DNA of 63,284 nt, the filler included, from Candidatus Rokuibacteriota bacterium (lineage in GTDB: Bacteria > JAUVQV01 > DATDCY01), in assembly GCA_031406795.1 (NCBI GenBank). It is 7 parts of 7 records of this genome, joined end to end, with 100 filler letters (N's around TTAATTAATTAA, not from the genome) between each part and the next. Parts side by side here need not be neighbours in the genome. Positions count along the whole stretch, not along the records: positions 15,212 to 34,152 come from JANOHV010000247.1; 6 more parts are not named here. One strand, 5' to 3'. The notes under the pieces are model-generated. The model saw nothing but the letters and a program-made list of their open reading frames with translations, was not told the DNA's origin and searched no databases. Position 1 is the first letter of the stretch. The number at the start of each line of letters is the position of its first letter. The position numbers and the translations under genes are program-made. Of this stretch, positions 23,026 through 31,466 are shown one piece after another.

Positions 23026-25016
23026 TAGTCGTCGAAGCGGATGGTGAGCCACAGACTCAACAGCCAGAGCGCTGCGAACCCGACGACGCCGACACCGACG
23101 AACCAGGAGGAGGCGGCGCTCCCGAGGCTCCACGGTGAGGGAAACTCACCGTGACCGAGCAGCACCCGGGCCTCGAAGAACGAGGCGGGCAGCAGCAGCA
23201 GCACCCCGGGCCAGAACCGGCCGCTCGAGAGGTGGCCGGCCCCGGGGGCGAACACCGCGCAGGAGATGTGGCGGATCCGGAGCAGCCGCTCCCGCGACTT
23301 GATGTCGCCCATCTTCTGGACGCGCACCCGGGCGTCGACCCCCTCTTTCTTGACGAAAATGTGGTGGCACTGCGAACAGAGTTCGCCGCGCCGGCCGGGC
23401 TGACAGCGCGGGCAGTAGACCCGGCCGCAGCGGCGGCACGCGGTGGCCGTCCCGCGCTTGAGCCGCCAGGCGCCGAAACCCGCCCCGAGCAGCGCGAGCA
23501 CCCCGATGACGGCCGGCCAGGCCTCGATCGGCGCGCCGAGCATCAGCGCCCCCCACAGATGATCCGTCGCCGCCGACTGTTCCTCGCCCCGCGCCCGGGC
23601 CAGGGCCCAGAGCTCCTGGGTCCGGGGGAGTCCGTCCACGGTGTACCCCTTGAGGCGTGTGGTGTCCAGCCCCGCGTAGAACGCGGCGGAATCCGGGTCG
23701 AGTTCTCCGGCGCGGCGGGTTGCGGCCTCGCTCTCGGCGAACTGAAACCCCTCGCGGTAGGCGATGCCCAGGTTGTGGTGCGGCGCAAAGAGGCGGGGTG
23801 CGAGCTCCGCGGCCTTGGCGTAGTTCGTGATCGCCCCGGCGACGTCCTGACGCGCGAAGGCGACGTTCCCCAGGTTGAGCCAGAGCACGGCGTTTCCCGG
23901 CGCCGCCTGCAGCCCGGCGCGCAGTGCCGCCTCGGCCTCGTCCAGGCGCCCGAGGTGGCGGGCGGCCAGCCCCAGCGCGCTCACCCCGGGCACGCCGGCG
24001 GTGCCGCGGTCGGCCTCGGCCTTGAGGATTTCGTAATCGGCGTTGCTCCAGTTCCCCTCGCGCACCTGCACAACCGCCGCCAGCAGCGGACGTTCGGAGA
24101 GGGTCAGCAATGCCGCGCGCTCCCGCACCGCGATCGGCAGTACCAGCAGGAAGGCCGCACCCGCCGCGGCGAGACAGCGGGCCGGCACGGTGAAGTATGG
24201 CCAGAGCAGCAGCGCCGCGACGATGACCCACCACCAGGGCGAGAGCCCGACGAGTGCCGGCAGGGCCAACGCGCCCCAGGCGAGCAGCGTGCGCACGCGC
24301 GGCGAACCGAAGCCCAGCGCCTCGCGGATATCGTGCGCGAGCCGCGGGGCCGCGGCGATCGCGGCGACGGAAACGGCGACCGCGAAGAAGAACGCCAGGC
24401 CGCTGGCGAGCGTCCCGAGCAGGTTGGCGCGCAGCCAGACCTGCAGCCGGAAGCTGCGCCCGACGGCGCGGAAGCCGCTCGTGATTTCCTCCCAGACCGG
24501 TATCGGGTTGAATGGGTTGCGGCGAAAGGCGAGCACGGCCGATGTCACGTACACCGGCAGTTCGTCGGGGGCCAGCCGACGGGCCCAGCCCAGGGCCTTG
24601 GCCGCCTGATCGTGGTTCCCGCTCCCCATGCGCCGCTCGGCTTCGCGCACGAGGACGGCCCCGTACTCGGGCAGGTTGTGCACGCCGCGGACGAGCGCCT
24701 GCTCCCAGAGAAGTTGCAGTTGCTGCTGCGCCTTCTCGGTCTCGCCGAGCTGGAGAAATTTCTCCCGCGCCAGCCACGCCGACTCGAAATCGCCGCGGCC
24801 GGCGGCGACCGTTCCCGGCGCTTCCGCACGGGTCGGAATGACCGAGGAGGCGGTTTCGTCCTTGAGCATTTCGCGCGTGCGCGGGGTGTCGTGCAGCAGT
24901 TCATCGGCAACCACCGCCCGCGCCGGCGCGGCACCGGCGAGCAGAACGGGCAGCATCGCCGTCAAAGCCCATCGCCTGCAACCCACCCGTCGCCCCTCCC
25001 CGAATGCGGGAAACAC
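23025..25016 (-). CDS. Multi-TM TPR protein with Cys-rich (zinc-binding) region
   Basis: Hydrophobic segments; TPRs (LWLNLGNVAF, HHNLGIAY); CRRCGRVYCPRC..LCSQCHHIF; FAPGAGHL. Confidence 0.8.
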   Translation of the reverse strand: MFPAFGEGRRVGCRRWALTAMLPVLLAGAAPARAVVADELLHDTPRTREMLKDETASSVIPTRAEAPGTVAAGRGDFESAWLAREKFLQLGETEKAQQQLQLLWEQALVRGVHNLPEYGAVLVREAERRMGSGNHDQAAKALGWARRLAPDELPVYVTSAVLAFRRNPFNPIPVWEEITSGFRAVGRSFRLQVWLRANLLGTLASGLAFFFAVAVSVAAIAAAPRLAHDIREALGFGSPRVRTLLAWGALALPALVGLSPWWWVIVAALLLWPYFTVPARCLAAAGAAFLLVLPIAVRERAALLTLSERPLLAAVVQVREGNWSNADYEILKAEADRGTAGVPGVSALGLAARHLGRLDEAEAALRAGLQAAPGNAVLWLNLGNVAFARQDVAGAITNYAKAAELAPRLFAPHHNLGIAYREGFQFAESEAATRRAGELDPDSAAFYAGLDTTRLKGYTVDGLPRTQELWALARARGEEQSAATDHLWGALMLGAPIEAWPAVIGVLALLGAGFGAWRLKRGTATACRRCGRVYCPRCQPGRRGELCSQCHHIFVKKEGVDARVRVQKMGDIKSRERLLRIRHISCAVFAPGAGHLSSGRFWPGVLLLLPASFFEARVLLGHGEFPSPWSLGSAASSWFVGVGVVGFAALWLLSLWLTIRFDD

Positions 25017-25028
25017 TTGAATTTTAAG

Positions 25029-25057
25029 ATTTTACGGCCATTCCGCGGCCCTGTCAA
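25029..25057 (-). promoter_or_regulatory. Sigma70-type promoter for the TPR/DUF4388/c-di-GMP/MglA cluster
   Basis: TTGACA-N17-TAAAAT on the minus strand. Confidence 0.75.
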
Positions 25058-25264
25058 ACGCCCCTCCCGACCCCAAATCCGCGCGTAACGCGCGGATCAG
25101 TTGAGGCAGGCTTGTTGCCTGGACTTGTTTTTCGGGTGTCGTGGCTCATATCGGACCGCGCTGCTCGCTGCAAGCGTTGCTTGATCGCTGCCCCCGGCGC
25201 TACACTACACCCGGCTGCAAACGGACGGCGGGCCGGCAAGCACGCGACAGACGGAGGAAGAACG

Positions 25265-25687
25265 ATGGATGCGAAAGTGACCTTCTGCAGTGGCATGCAG
25301 TTCGTCGGCCAGGCCGACTCCGGCCACGCGGTCGTGATGGACGCCGGGGCGGATGCCGGCGGCGGGAACAGCGCGGTGCGCCCGAGCGAACTGCTGCTGA
25401 TCGGACTGGCGGGCTGCACCGGCATGGACGTGATCTCCATCCTCAGCAAGAAGCGGCAGCCGGTGACCGGGCTGGAGGTCGTCGTGCACGCCGATCAGGC
25501 GTCGGGCCACCCGAAACGGTTCACCGCGATGACGGTGGAGTACCGGGTCAGCGGGGCGGGCGTCGACCCGGAGGCGGTGCGCCGCGCGATCGAACTCTCG
25601 GAGTCGACCTACTGCTCGGTGGGGCTGACGCTCAAGTCACCGGTCACGTTCACGAGCACCTTCACGATCAACGGGAACAAATCGTAG
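25265..25687 (+). CDS. OsmC/YhfA family protein
   Basis: SGHAVVMD..RPSELLLIGLAGCTGMDV..YCSV; GGAGGA SD sequence. Confidence 0.92.
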   Translation: MDAKVTFCSGMQFVGQADSGHAVVMDAGADAGGGNSAVRPSELLLIGLAGCTGMDVISILSKKRQPVTGLEVVVHADQASGHPKRFTAMTVEYRVSGAGVDPEAVRRAIELSESTYCSVGLTLKSPVTFTSTFTINGNKS

Positions 25688-25709
25688 GGGCGGGGTTCAT
25701 CCCCGCCCG
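25684..25709 (+). repeat. GTAG-type REP palindrome
   Basis: GTAGGGGCGGGGTTCATCCCCGCCCG; overlaps the osmC TAG stop. Confidence 0.75.
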
Positions 25710-25744
25710 AGGGCGCACGCCGTCTCAGAACGGCAGGGGCGCGG

Positions 25745-27358
25745 TTAGTATCGTCTCAGGGTGATCCGCTGCACCGGGCCAAACTCACCAAAGCCCGTCA
25801 GCGCCGCATCCTCGCCGACCACGACCATCGACAGCGCGCCCGGGTGCAGCAGGCGTTCCGCGGCGCTGCGCACCTCCTCGAGCGTGACCGCCTCGACCCG
25901 GTCGCGATAGCGTTCGAGGAAATCGTCGGGGAGGCCGTCGTAGGCAAAGCCCATCCGCAGCGCGACGGCTTCGCGGGTGCCGTCGACCGAGAAGATCAGG
26001 TTGTTCACGATCGCGTCCTTGGCCCGGCGCAACTCCTCCGCACTCGCCCCCTCGGCGCGGATGCGCTCGATGATGCCGCGCATCAGCCGCGCCGCCTCCA
26101 GCGCGCTCGCGCACTTGGTCATGCAGTATGCGCCGAAGACACCGTAACCGACCTCGGCGCGGTAGAAACTCCCGACACTGTACGCGAGCCCGCGGTCGGA
26201 GCGGATCTCGCTCATCAGCCGTGAGGTAAAGCCGGCACCGCCGAGGATGTAGTCGAGGACCGAAAAGGCGAAGTAATCGGCCGAGTCCTTCGGCGGCGCC
26301 AGGTGCCCCATGATCAGCGTCGCCTGGGGCACTTCCTTGGCGGCGAGAAAGACGCCCGCCTGCGGCGGCCGCGTCGGCACCGGGAAGGGCGGGGCCGGCG
26401 CTCCCGCGGGCCGCCAGTCGCCGAAATGACGGCGCACGAGGGCGAGCAGTTCCGCTTCATCGAAGAGCCCGCTGATCCCGAGCATGGTGCGCTCGGGGAA
26501 ATACGAGCGCGCGTGAAAGTCGACGAGATCCTCCCGGGTGATCGCGGCGGCCATCTCGGGGGAGGACTGGCGGCCGCGCGGGTCGTCGCCGTAGACGGCA
26601 GTCCGGAACTCGCGAAAGGCGATGGCGTCCGGCTCGTCGTTGCCCCGCCTGATCTCCTCGATCTTTCGCCGCTTGACCCGTTCGACCTCGCCGGGGTCGA
26701 AGACGGGCGTGCGCAGCACCTCCGCGAGCAACTCGATCCCGACGGCCACGTCGGGTGCGAGCACGGAGAGGGAGGCGCTGCCGGATTGCCGGCCGATGCC
26801 CGTCTCGAGGCTGGCCCCCAGCGATTCGAGCACTACGTTGAGCTGCTGGCCGGTGTGGCGCGCCGTGCCGCCGGTGCGCATCACGCGCCCGGTAATCTCG
26901 GCGAGATCGACCTTGTTCGCCGGCTCCAGGACCCCGCCGGTGCGCACGAGCGCCTGCACGGTGACCAGCGGCACTTCGGGGTCGCGCAGCAGGAACAGCA
27001 CGAGCCCGTTCTCGAGCACGACGCGCTTCGGCTGCGGCGGCGCGAGCGGCAGCGTCGGGAAGCGCATCGTGCGCGGGTCGCCCGCCGCGGGGCCGCTGGC
27101 GCAGCCACCCTGCGCGAATAACAACAACACGGCCAGCAGGAATTGAACGGGGAGGCTGGTCAATAGGGTCCATCTGCAGGGCGCGCCACCAGGAACAGCC
27201 GGGCGGGGATCAACCCCGCCCCTACGATGGAAATGTCCAGGCGTACCGGGGAGTGCCGGGCGGGGATCAACCCCGCCCCTACGATGGAAATGTCCAGGCG
27301 TAGGGGAGGGGTTCACCCCCTCCCGCGGGCCAGATGCACCCCTATCGGCGAACGTCAT
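25745..27358 (-). CDS. M16 peptidase, non-catalytic subunit (start 27358 or TTG 27163)
   Basis: VLENGL..VPLVT..MRTGGT..ILGGAGFTSRL..RGLAYSV; no HxxEH; paired with an active M16. Confidence 0.88.
   Translation of the reverse strand: MTFADRGASGPREGVNPSPTPGHFHRRGGVDPRPALPGTPGHFHRRGGVDPRPAVPGGAPCRWTLLTSLPVQFLLAVLLLFAQGGCASGPAAGDPRTMRFPTLPLAPPQPKRVVLENGLVLFLLRDPEVPLVTVQALVRTGGVLEPANKVDLAEITGRVMRTGGTARHTGQQLNVVLESLGASLETGIGRQSGSASLSVLAPDVAVGIELLAEVLRTPVFDPGEVERVKRRKIEEIRRGNDEPDAIAFREFRTAVYGDDPRGRQSSPEMAAAITREDLVDFHARSYFPERTMLGISGLFDEAELLALVRRHFGDWRPAGAPAPPFPVPTRPPQAGVFLAAKEVPQATLIMGHLAPPKDSADYFAFSVLDYILGGAGFTSRLMSEIRSDRGLAYSVGSFYRAEVGYGVFGAYCMTKCASALEAARLMRGIIERIRAEGASAEELRRAKDAIVNNLIFSVDGTREAVALRMGFAYDGLPDDFLERYRDRVEAVTLEEVRSAAERLLHPGALSMVVVGEDAALTGFGEFGPVQRITLRRY
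27198..27325. repeat. REP cluster: two 57-bp-period tandem units plus one inverted REP
   Basis: GCCGGGCGGGGATCAACCCCGCCCCTACGATGGAAATGTCCAGGCGTA twice, then GTAGGGGAGGGGTTCACCCCCTCCCG. Confidence 0.85.
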
Positions 27359-28895
27359 CGGGAGTCTCCTTCCTCGTCTCGATCACCGCGACGGTCCTGT
27401 TCTCCTTGCGCAGGTACTTCGCCGCGACCGCCTGGATGTCCGCCGGGGTGATCGCCTCGAGCTGCGCCAGGTGCGTCGTCAGATAGCGCCAGTCGCCGGC
27501 CAGCGTCTCGTAGTAGGCGAGCGCCGAAGCCAGCCCCTCGTTCGACTGCAGCCCGCGCACCAGATCGGCGCGCAGCTGGTTCTTCACCCGCGCGATCTCC
27601 TCGGCCGCCGCCGGCTCGGCGATCAGCCGCGTCAGCTCGGCGTCGATCCCGGCCTCGACGTCGGCCGCGGTGTGCGGCGCTCGCGGCGTGGCCATGATCG
27701 TGAAGAGATTCGGGTAGCGGCCGCCGGGGTAGCCGTTGACCGTGGAGACGCTGACCGCGACCTGCGCCTCCTCAACGAGCCGCCGGTAGAGCCGCGAGGT
27801 GCGGCCGGCGGTCAGCAACCCGTCGATGAGATCGAACACGTAGTCCTCGGACGTCGGCAGCGTCGGCTTGTGATACCCGATCATCAGCTCCGGCCGGGCG
27901 TCGCTCGCGAGCGTGACGCGGCGTTCGCCGCTTTGCTCGGGCTCGGGCGTCGCCGTCTCCGCGGGCAGCGCCTGCGCGGGAATCGGGCCGAAGGCCGCAC
28001 GCACGAGCGCGAGGAAAGCGGGCGGATCCACGTCGCCGACCGCGGCGAGCACGGTGTTGTTCGGGGCGTACCAGGTGCGGAAGAAGCGCTCGGCGCTCGC
28101 CGCCCGCAGGTACTGCACGTCCCCGTCCCAGCCGATGACCGGCCGGCGGTAGGGGTGCGCAATGAAAGCCGAGGCGAAGAACAATTCCATGAGCTTGCGC
28201 GACGGGTCGCTCTCGTAGCTCTGCCGGCGCTCTTCGCGGACGACCTCGCGCTCCGAGTAGAACTCGCGCATGACCGGCGCGCGCAGCCGCTCCGATTCGA
28301 TGCGCGCCCACAGCGGCAGCCGGTTGGCGGGCAGGCTGATCTTGTAGGTGGTGATGTCGACGCCGGTGCTGGCGTTGAAGTCCTGGGACCCGTTGGCGGT
28401 GTAGATTGCGTCGATCTCGTCCTTGACGACGAGCGCCCGCGCCGCCTGCTGCGCGGCGGCCAGGCCGGCCTCGAGAGCGGCGAGCCGCGCCGCATCGCCC
28501 CCGGGACCCTTGCGGCGCTCGGCGTCCAGTTCGTCGACGATCGCCTCGATCCGCTCGAGCAGCGGGCGCTCGGCCGCCCAGTCGCGCGTCCCGAGCGTGC
28601 GCGTGCCCTTGAACATCATGTGCTCGAGCAGGTGCGCGAGGCCGCTGGCGCCCTCGGCCTCCTGCGCCGCGCCGACGCGAAACTGCATCGAGAGCGAGAC
28701 GGTGGGGGACTGATGACGCGGCAGGACGATCACCCGCATGCCGTTGGGCAGCGTCTCCTCGACGACCCGCGACTCCAGGTCGCTCATCTCCCCCGCGGCG
28801 GCCACGGAAACTGTTGCCGCGTCGAATCCGCAGCAGAGCAAGGCAACGAGCGGCACGGCCGCCCATCGCTGCCGAACGAACCTCGCGAATGCCAT
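27342..28895 (-). CDS. M16 (pitrilysin-like) zinc peptidase
   Basis: GLAHLLEHMMFKGT (HxxEH), NAST..T.Y, EREVVREERR, HPYRRPVIGW; signal peptide. Confidence 0.95.
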   Translation of the reverse strand: MAFARFVRQRWAAVPLVALLCCGFDAATVSVAAAGEMSDLESRVVEETLPNGMRVIVLPRHQSPTVSLSMQFRVGAAQEAEGASGLAHLLEHMMFKGTRTLGTRDWAAERPLLERIEAIVDELDAERRKGPGGDAARLAALEAGLAAAQQAARALVVKDEIDAIYTANGSQDFNASTGVDITTYKISLPANRLPLWARIESERLRAPVMREFYSEREVVREERRQSYESDPSRKLMELFFASAFIAHPYRRPVIGWDGDVQYLRAASAERFFRTWYAPNNTVLAAVGDVDPPAFLALVRAAFGPIPAQALPAETATPEPEQSGERRVTLASDARPELMIGYHKPTLPTSEDYVFDLIDGLLTAGRTSRLYRRLVEEAQVAVSVSTVNGYPGGRYPNLFTIMATPRAPHTAADVEAGIDAELTRLIAEPAAAEEIARVKNQLRADLVRGLQSNEGLASALAYYETLAGDWRYLTTHLAQLEAITPADIQAVAAKYLRKENRTVAVIETRKETPDDVRR

Positions 28896-28943
28896 GATCA
28901 AGCGCTCCCCTCCCCTGTCGATTCCTGACTTTGATGCTGTCGC

Positions 28944-28972
28944 ATTGAACAGAGTTCCCGGCAACCCGTCAA
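28944..28972 (-). promoter_or_regulatory. Possible sigma70 promoter for the M16 pair
   Basis: TTGACG-N17-TTCAAT. Confidence 0.45.
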
Positions 28973-28994
28973 GCGACGGTTCCCGGTAGCGGAG

Positions 28995-29114
28995 AGGCTG
29001 CTCAAAAGGGTCCAGGTGCAAGGCGCCCCCCGAAGCTGCGACTGAGGCGGGCTCGTGCCCGCCGCAGGGAGCCGCGAGGAGGGCAACGCCGCAGATGGGC
29101 CCTTTTCAGCGGCC
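28995..29114 (+). mobile_element. MITE-like element, copy C
   Basis: AGGCTGCTCAAAAGGGTCCAGGTGCAAGGCG…CAACGCCGCAGATGGGCCCTTTTCAGCGGCC. Confidence 0.75.
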
Positions 29115-29120
29115 GTAACG

Positions 29121-29153
29121 AAAATGGCCGGCGCGGGTTGCCCCGCGCCGGCC
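29121..29153 (-). terminator. Rho-independent terminator after the cytochrome gene
   Basis: GC stem GGCCGGCGCGGG/CCCGCGCCGGCC followed by ATTTT on the minus strand. Confidence 0.65.
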
Positions 29154-29171
29154 CGTGCTAGGCGAAACGCG

Positions 29172-31265
29172 TTACTTCCAGTGGAAGACCCAGACCGAGA
29201 GCATCAGCAGCAGCAGGGCCAGGCCGATGCAGAGCGCGACCATCCCGAAGATCCGGGCGGCCGTGTACTGCCAGGGCAGCACGTGCATCCCCATCTCCCT
29301 CTCCAGCTCCCCGGAGGCCTTGAGCCGCTCGTACTCCAGCGGCCGCTCGTGCTTGAGCTCGTCCACGTGCACCCGACCGGTGAAGATCACGAAGTCCATC
29401 GGGAACTTCTCCGGCCGCAGATGGCTGTTGAAGAAGTGGATCGAGAAGATGAACCCGGTCGCGAGCAGCGCCTCGTCGGAGTGGATGATCATCGCCACGT
29501 TGAATGCCCAGCCCGGCAGCAGCTTCGCGGCGAACGCCGGGAACCAGAGCACGAGCCCCGAAACCCCGATCATCCCGACTCCCCAGAATACCGCCCAGTA
29601 ATCGAACTTCTCCCAGTAGGTGTACCGGTCGAACTTCGGGCGCGGCCCCATGCCGAAGAACCACTTGATCTGGCCGATCATGTCCTCCGCGTCCTTGAGC
29701 TGGGGCACCATCGAACCCGGCCCCCAGAACAGCCCCTTTTCGCCCCTGAGCACGCGGCGGAACAGGCTGCCCAGGTGCAGCGCGAAGTAGATGAAGGTCA
29801 CGATGCCCATCAGCCGGTGCAGGTAGCCGGCGGTCTGGAAGCCGCCGAGATACGAAGCGATGGTCTTCGCCCAGGGCGTGTAGCTGAACTTCAGCGGGAT
29901 GCCCGTCATGGCCAGCGTCAGGAAACTGACGATCACCAGGAAATGCAGCGTGCGCTCGAAGAGGCGGAAGCGCCAGACCATCTTCTCCTCGGTCATCTTC
30001 AGCGGCGGCGCCTTCTGTTTCTCCTTGAGCGAGCGCAGCAGCCAGAGCAGCGTGTGCAGGCCGAAGAAGCCGAAGGTGCCGAAGAGCAGCCCGGTCATCC
30101 CGTAGTAGACGTAGAAGAGAATCGGGTAGTTCTTGCGGTCCTTGTGGTCGCCGTGGGGCTGGTATTTCGTGAAGTTCTCGTTGGCGCCCGGGTGGCACTT
30201 CTGGCAGGTCTTGACCTTGTTCGCCCCGGCGGCCAGCGTCGACTTCGGGTCCTTGTCCGGCAGGATGTTGTGCGAGCCGTGGCAGTCGCTGCAGCGGGCG
30301 ACCTTGGCGTAGCCCAGGGCCGTGACCTGCCCGTGGTACGTCTCCCGGTAGGTGTCCAGCCGGTCGGAGTGGCAGGTGCCGCACTCGTTCAGGTTGTGCA
30401 GCTTCCAGTCGTCGCCGGAGATCCGCACGATGCTGTGCGAGTGGTGGCAGACCGTGCAGGTGGGCGCGCTCTTCCCGTTGGGGAGCTTCGCCCCGCTGCT
30501 CAGCGCCTTGCCGTGCACGCTTTCATTGAACTGGGCGAGCACGCCGCTGTGGCAGCCGCCGCAGGTCGTGCGGATGTTGTCGTGGTTGATCCTGGACTTC
30601 GGGTCGGTGTGCGGCAGGATGTCGTGCGTGCCGTGACAATCGTTGCAGACCGCCGAGACGACGAGCCCGGACTTCAGAACCGCCTGGCCGTGGATGCTCT
30701 GCTTGTAGCGGCTGTACGGGTCCGGCGCGATGCCCGGCCCCATGTCCTCTTCGGGAACGTTGATGTTGGCCTTCTTGATCAACTCCAGGTTGCCGTGACA
30801 CTTCCCGCAGGTCTCCGGGAGGTTCAGCGGGTAGACCTGGGAGCGCGCGTCGTTCGGCGGGAAGATGTTGTGCATCCCGTGGCAGTTGGTGCAGGAGGCG
30901 ACGAACTTGTTGCCGGCCGCCTTCTTCGTGCCGTGGATGCTCTTCGCGTAGATCGCGTCCACCTTGTCGTGGCACTGCGAACACTCGACCTTCTTCAGCG
31001 GCGCGTCGTGCGGCACATCCTTGATGTCGCCGTGGCACTCAGTGCAGTCCACGTCGGCGTGGACGGTCTGGTCGAAGAGTTTCTCGTCGACCGTAGGGCC
31101 CTCGGTTCCGTCGTGGCACCCGAAGCAATCCGTGCGGTCCAGGGCGGACGCCGGCGCCGGCCACAGAGCCCCGACCGCCGCGATCAGAGCGGCGATGGCG
31201 AACATGGTCCAGGCGCGAAACATTGGAGCGTTGCGCGCCCCGCGTGCTGCCGAAGCTCTCTGCAT
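29172..31265 (-). CDS. Multiheme cytochrome c fused to a cytochrome b membrane domain (CbcL-like)
   Basis: Signal peptide; 11 CxxCH motifs; then TM domain [46 protein letters not shown]. Confidence 0.92.
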   Translation of the reverse strand: MQRASAARGARNAPMFRAWTMFAIAALIAAVGALWPAPASALDRTDCFGCHDGTEGPTVDEKLFDQTVHADVDCTECHGDIKDVPHDAPLKKVECSQCHDKVDAIYAKSIHGTKKAAGNKFVASCTNCHGMHNIFPPNDARSQVYPLNLPETCGKCHGNLELIKKANINVPEEDMGPGIAPDPYSRYKQSIHGQAVLKSGLVVSAVCNDCHGTHDILPHTDPKSRINHDNIRTTCGGCHSGVLAQFNESVHGKALSSGAKLPNGKSAPTCTVCHHSHSIVRISGDDWKLHNLNECGTCHSDRLDTYRETYHGQVTALGYAKVARCSDCHGSHNILPDKDPKSTLAAGANKVKTCQKCHPGANENFTKYQPHGDHKDRKNYPILFYVYYGMTGLLFGTFGFFGLHTLLWLLRSLKEKQKAPPLKMTEEKMVWRFRLFERTLHFLVIVSFLTLAMTGIPLKFSYTPWAKTIASYLGGFQTAGYLHRLMGIVTFIYFALHLGSLFRRVLRGEKGLFWGPGSMVPQLKDAEDMIGQIKWFFGMGPRPKFDRYTYWEKFDYWAVFWGVGMIGVSGLVLWFPAFAAKLLPGWAFNVAMIIHSDEALLATGFIFSIHFFNSHLRPEKFPMDFVIFTGRVHVDELKHERPLEYERLKASGELEREMGMHVLPWQYTAARIFGMVALCIGLALLLLMLSVWVFHWK

Positions 31266-31334
31266 CTGCATCCCCCCTGCGTGCGTGAACTCCCGTTCGC
31301 TGTCGATCAGCGGATCCTGGCGAAAAACGCCGAA

Positions 31335-31364
31335 ATCGTTGCATGCTCCAACATTGGCTGTCAA
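31335..31364 (-). promoter_or_regulatory. Possible sigma70 promoter for the cytochrome gene
   Basis: TTGACA-N18-AACGAT with an extended TG. Confidence 0.45.
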
Positions 31365-31466
31365 GAACCAAAATGGAATCCCGCCGTAATATCTAGGGAT
31401 TACGCGACCGCCACAAATCAGCCCAACCGCTCATGGAGTCGTCGTTCAAACTTTAATGGTAACTGC

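Noticed and set aside
25265-25687. OsmC as a second selenoprotein
   Set aside because: Both catalytic positions are ordinary TGC Cys codons, with no in-frame TGA
27198-27325. Tandem repeats as a mini CRISPR array
   Set aside because: Only two 48-nt units with a 9-nt gap, GTAG-REP palindrome structure and no cas genes
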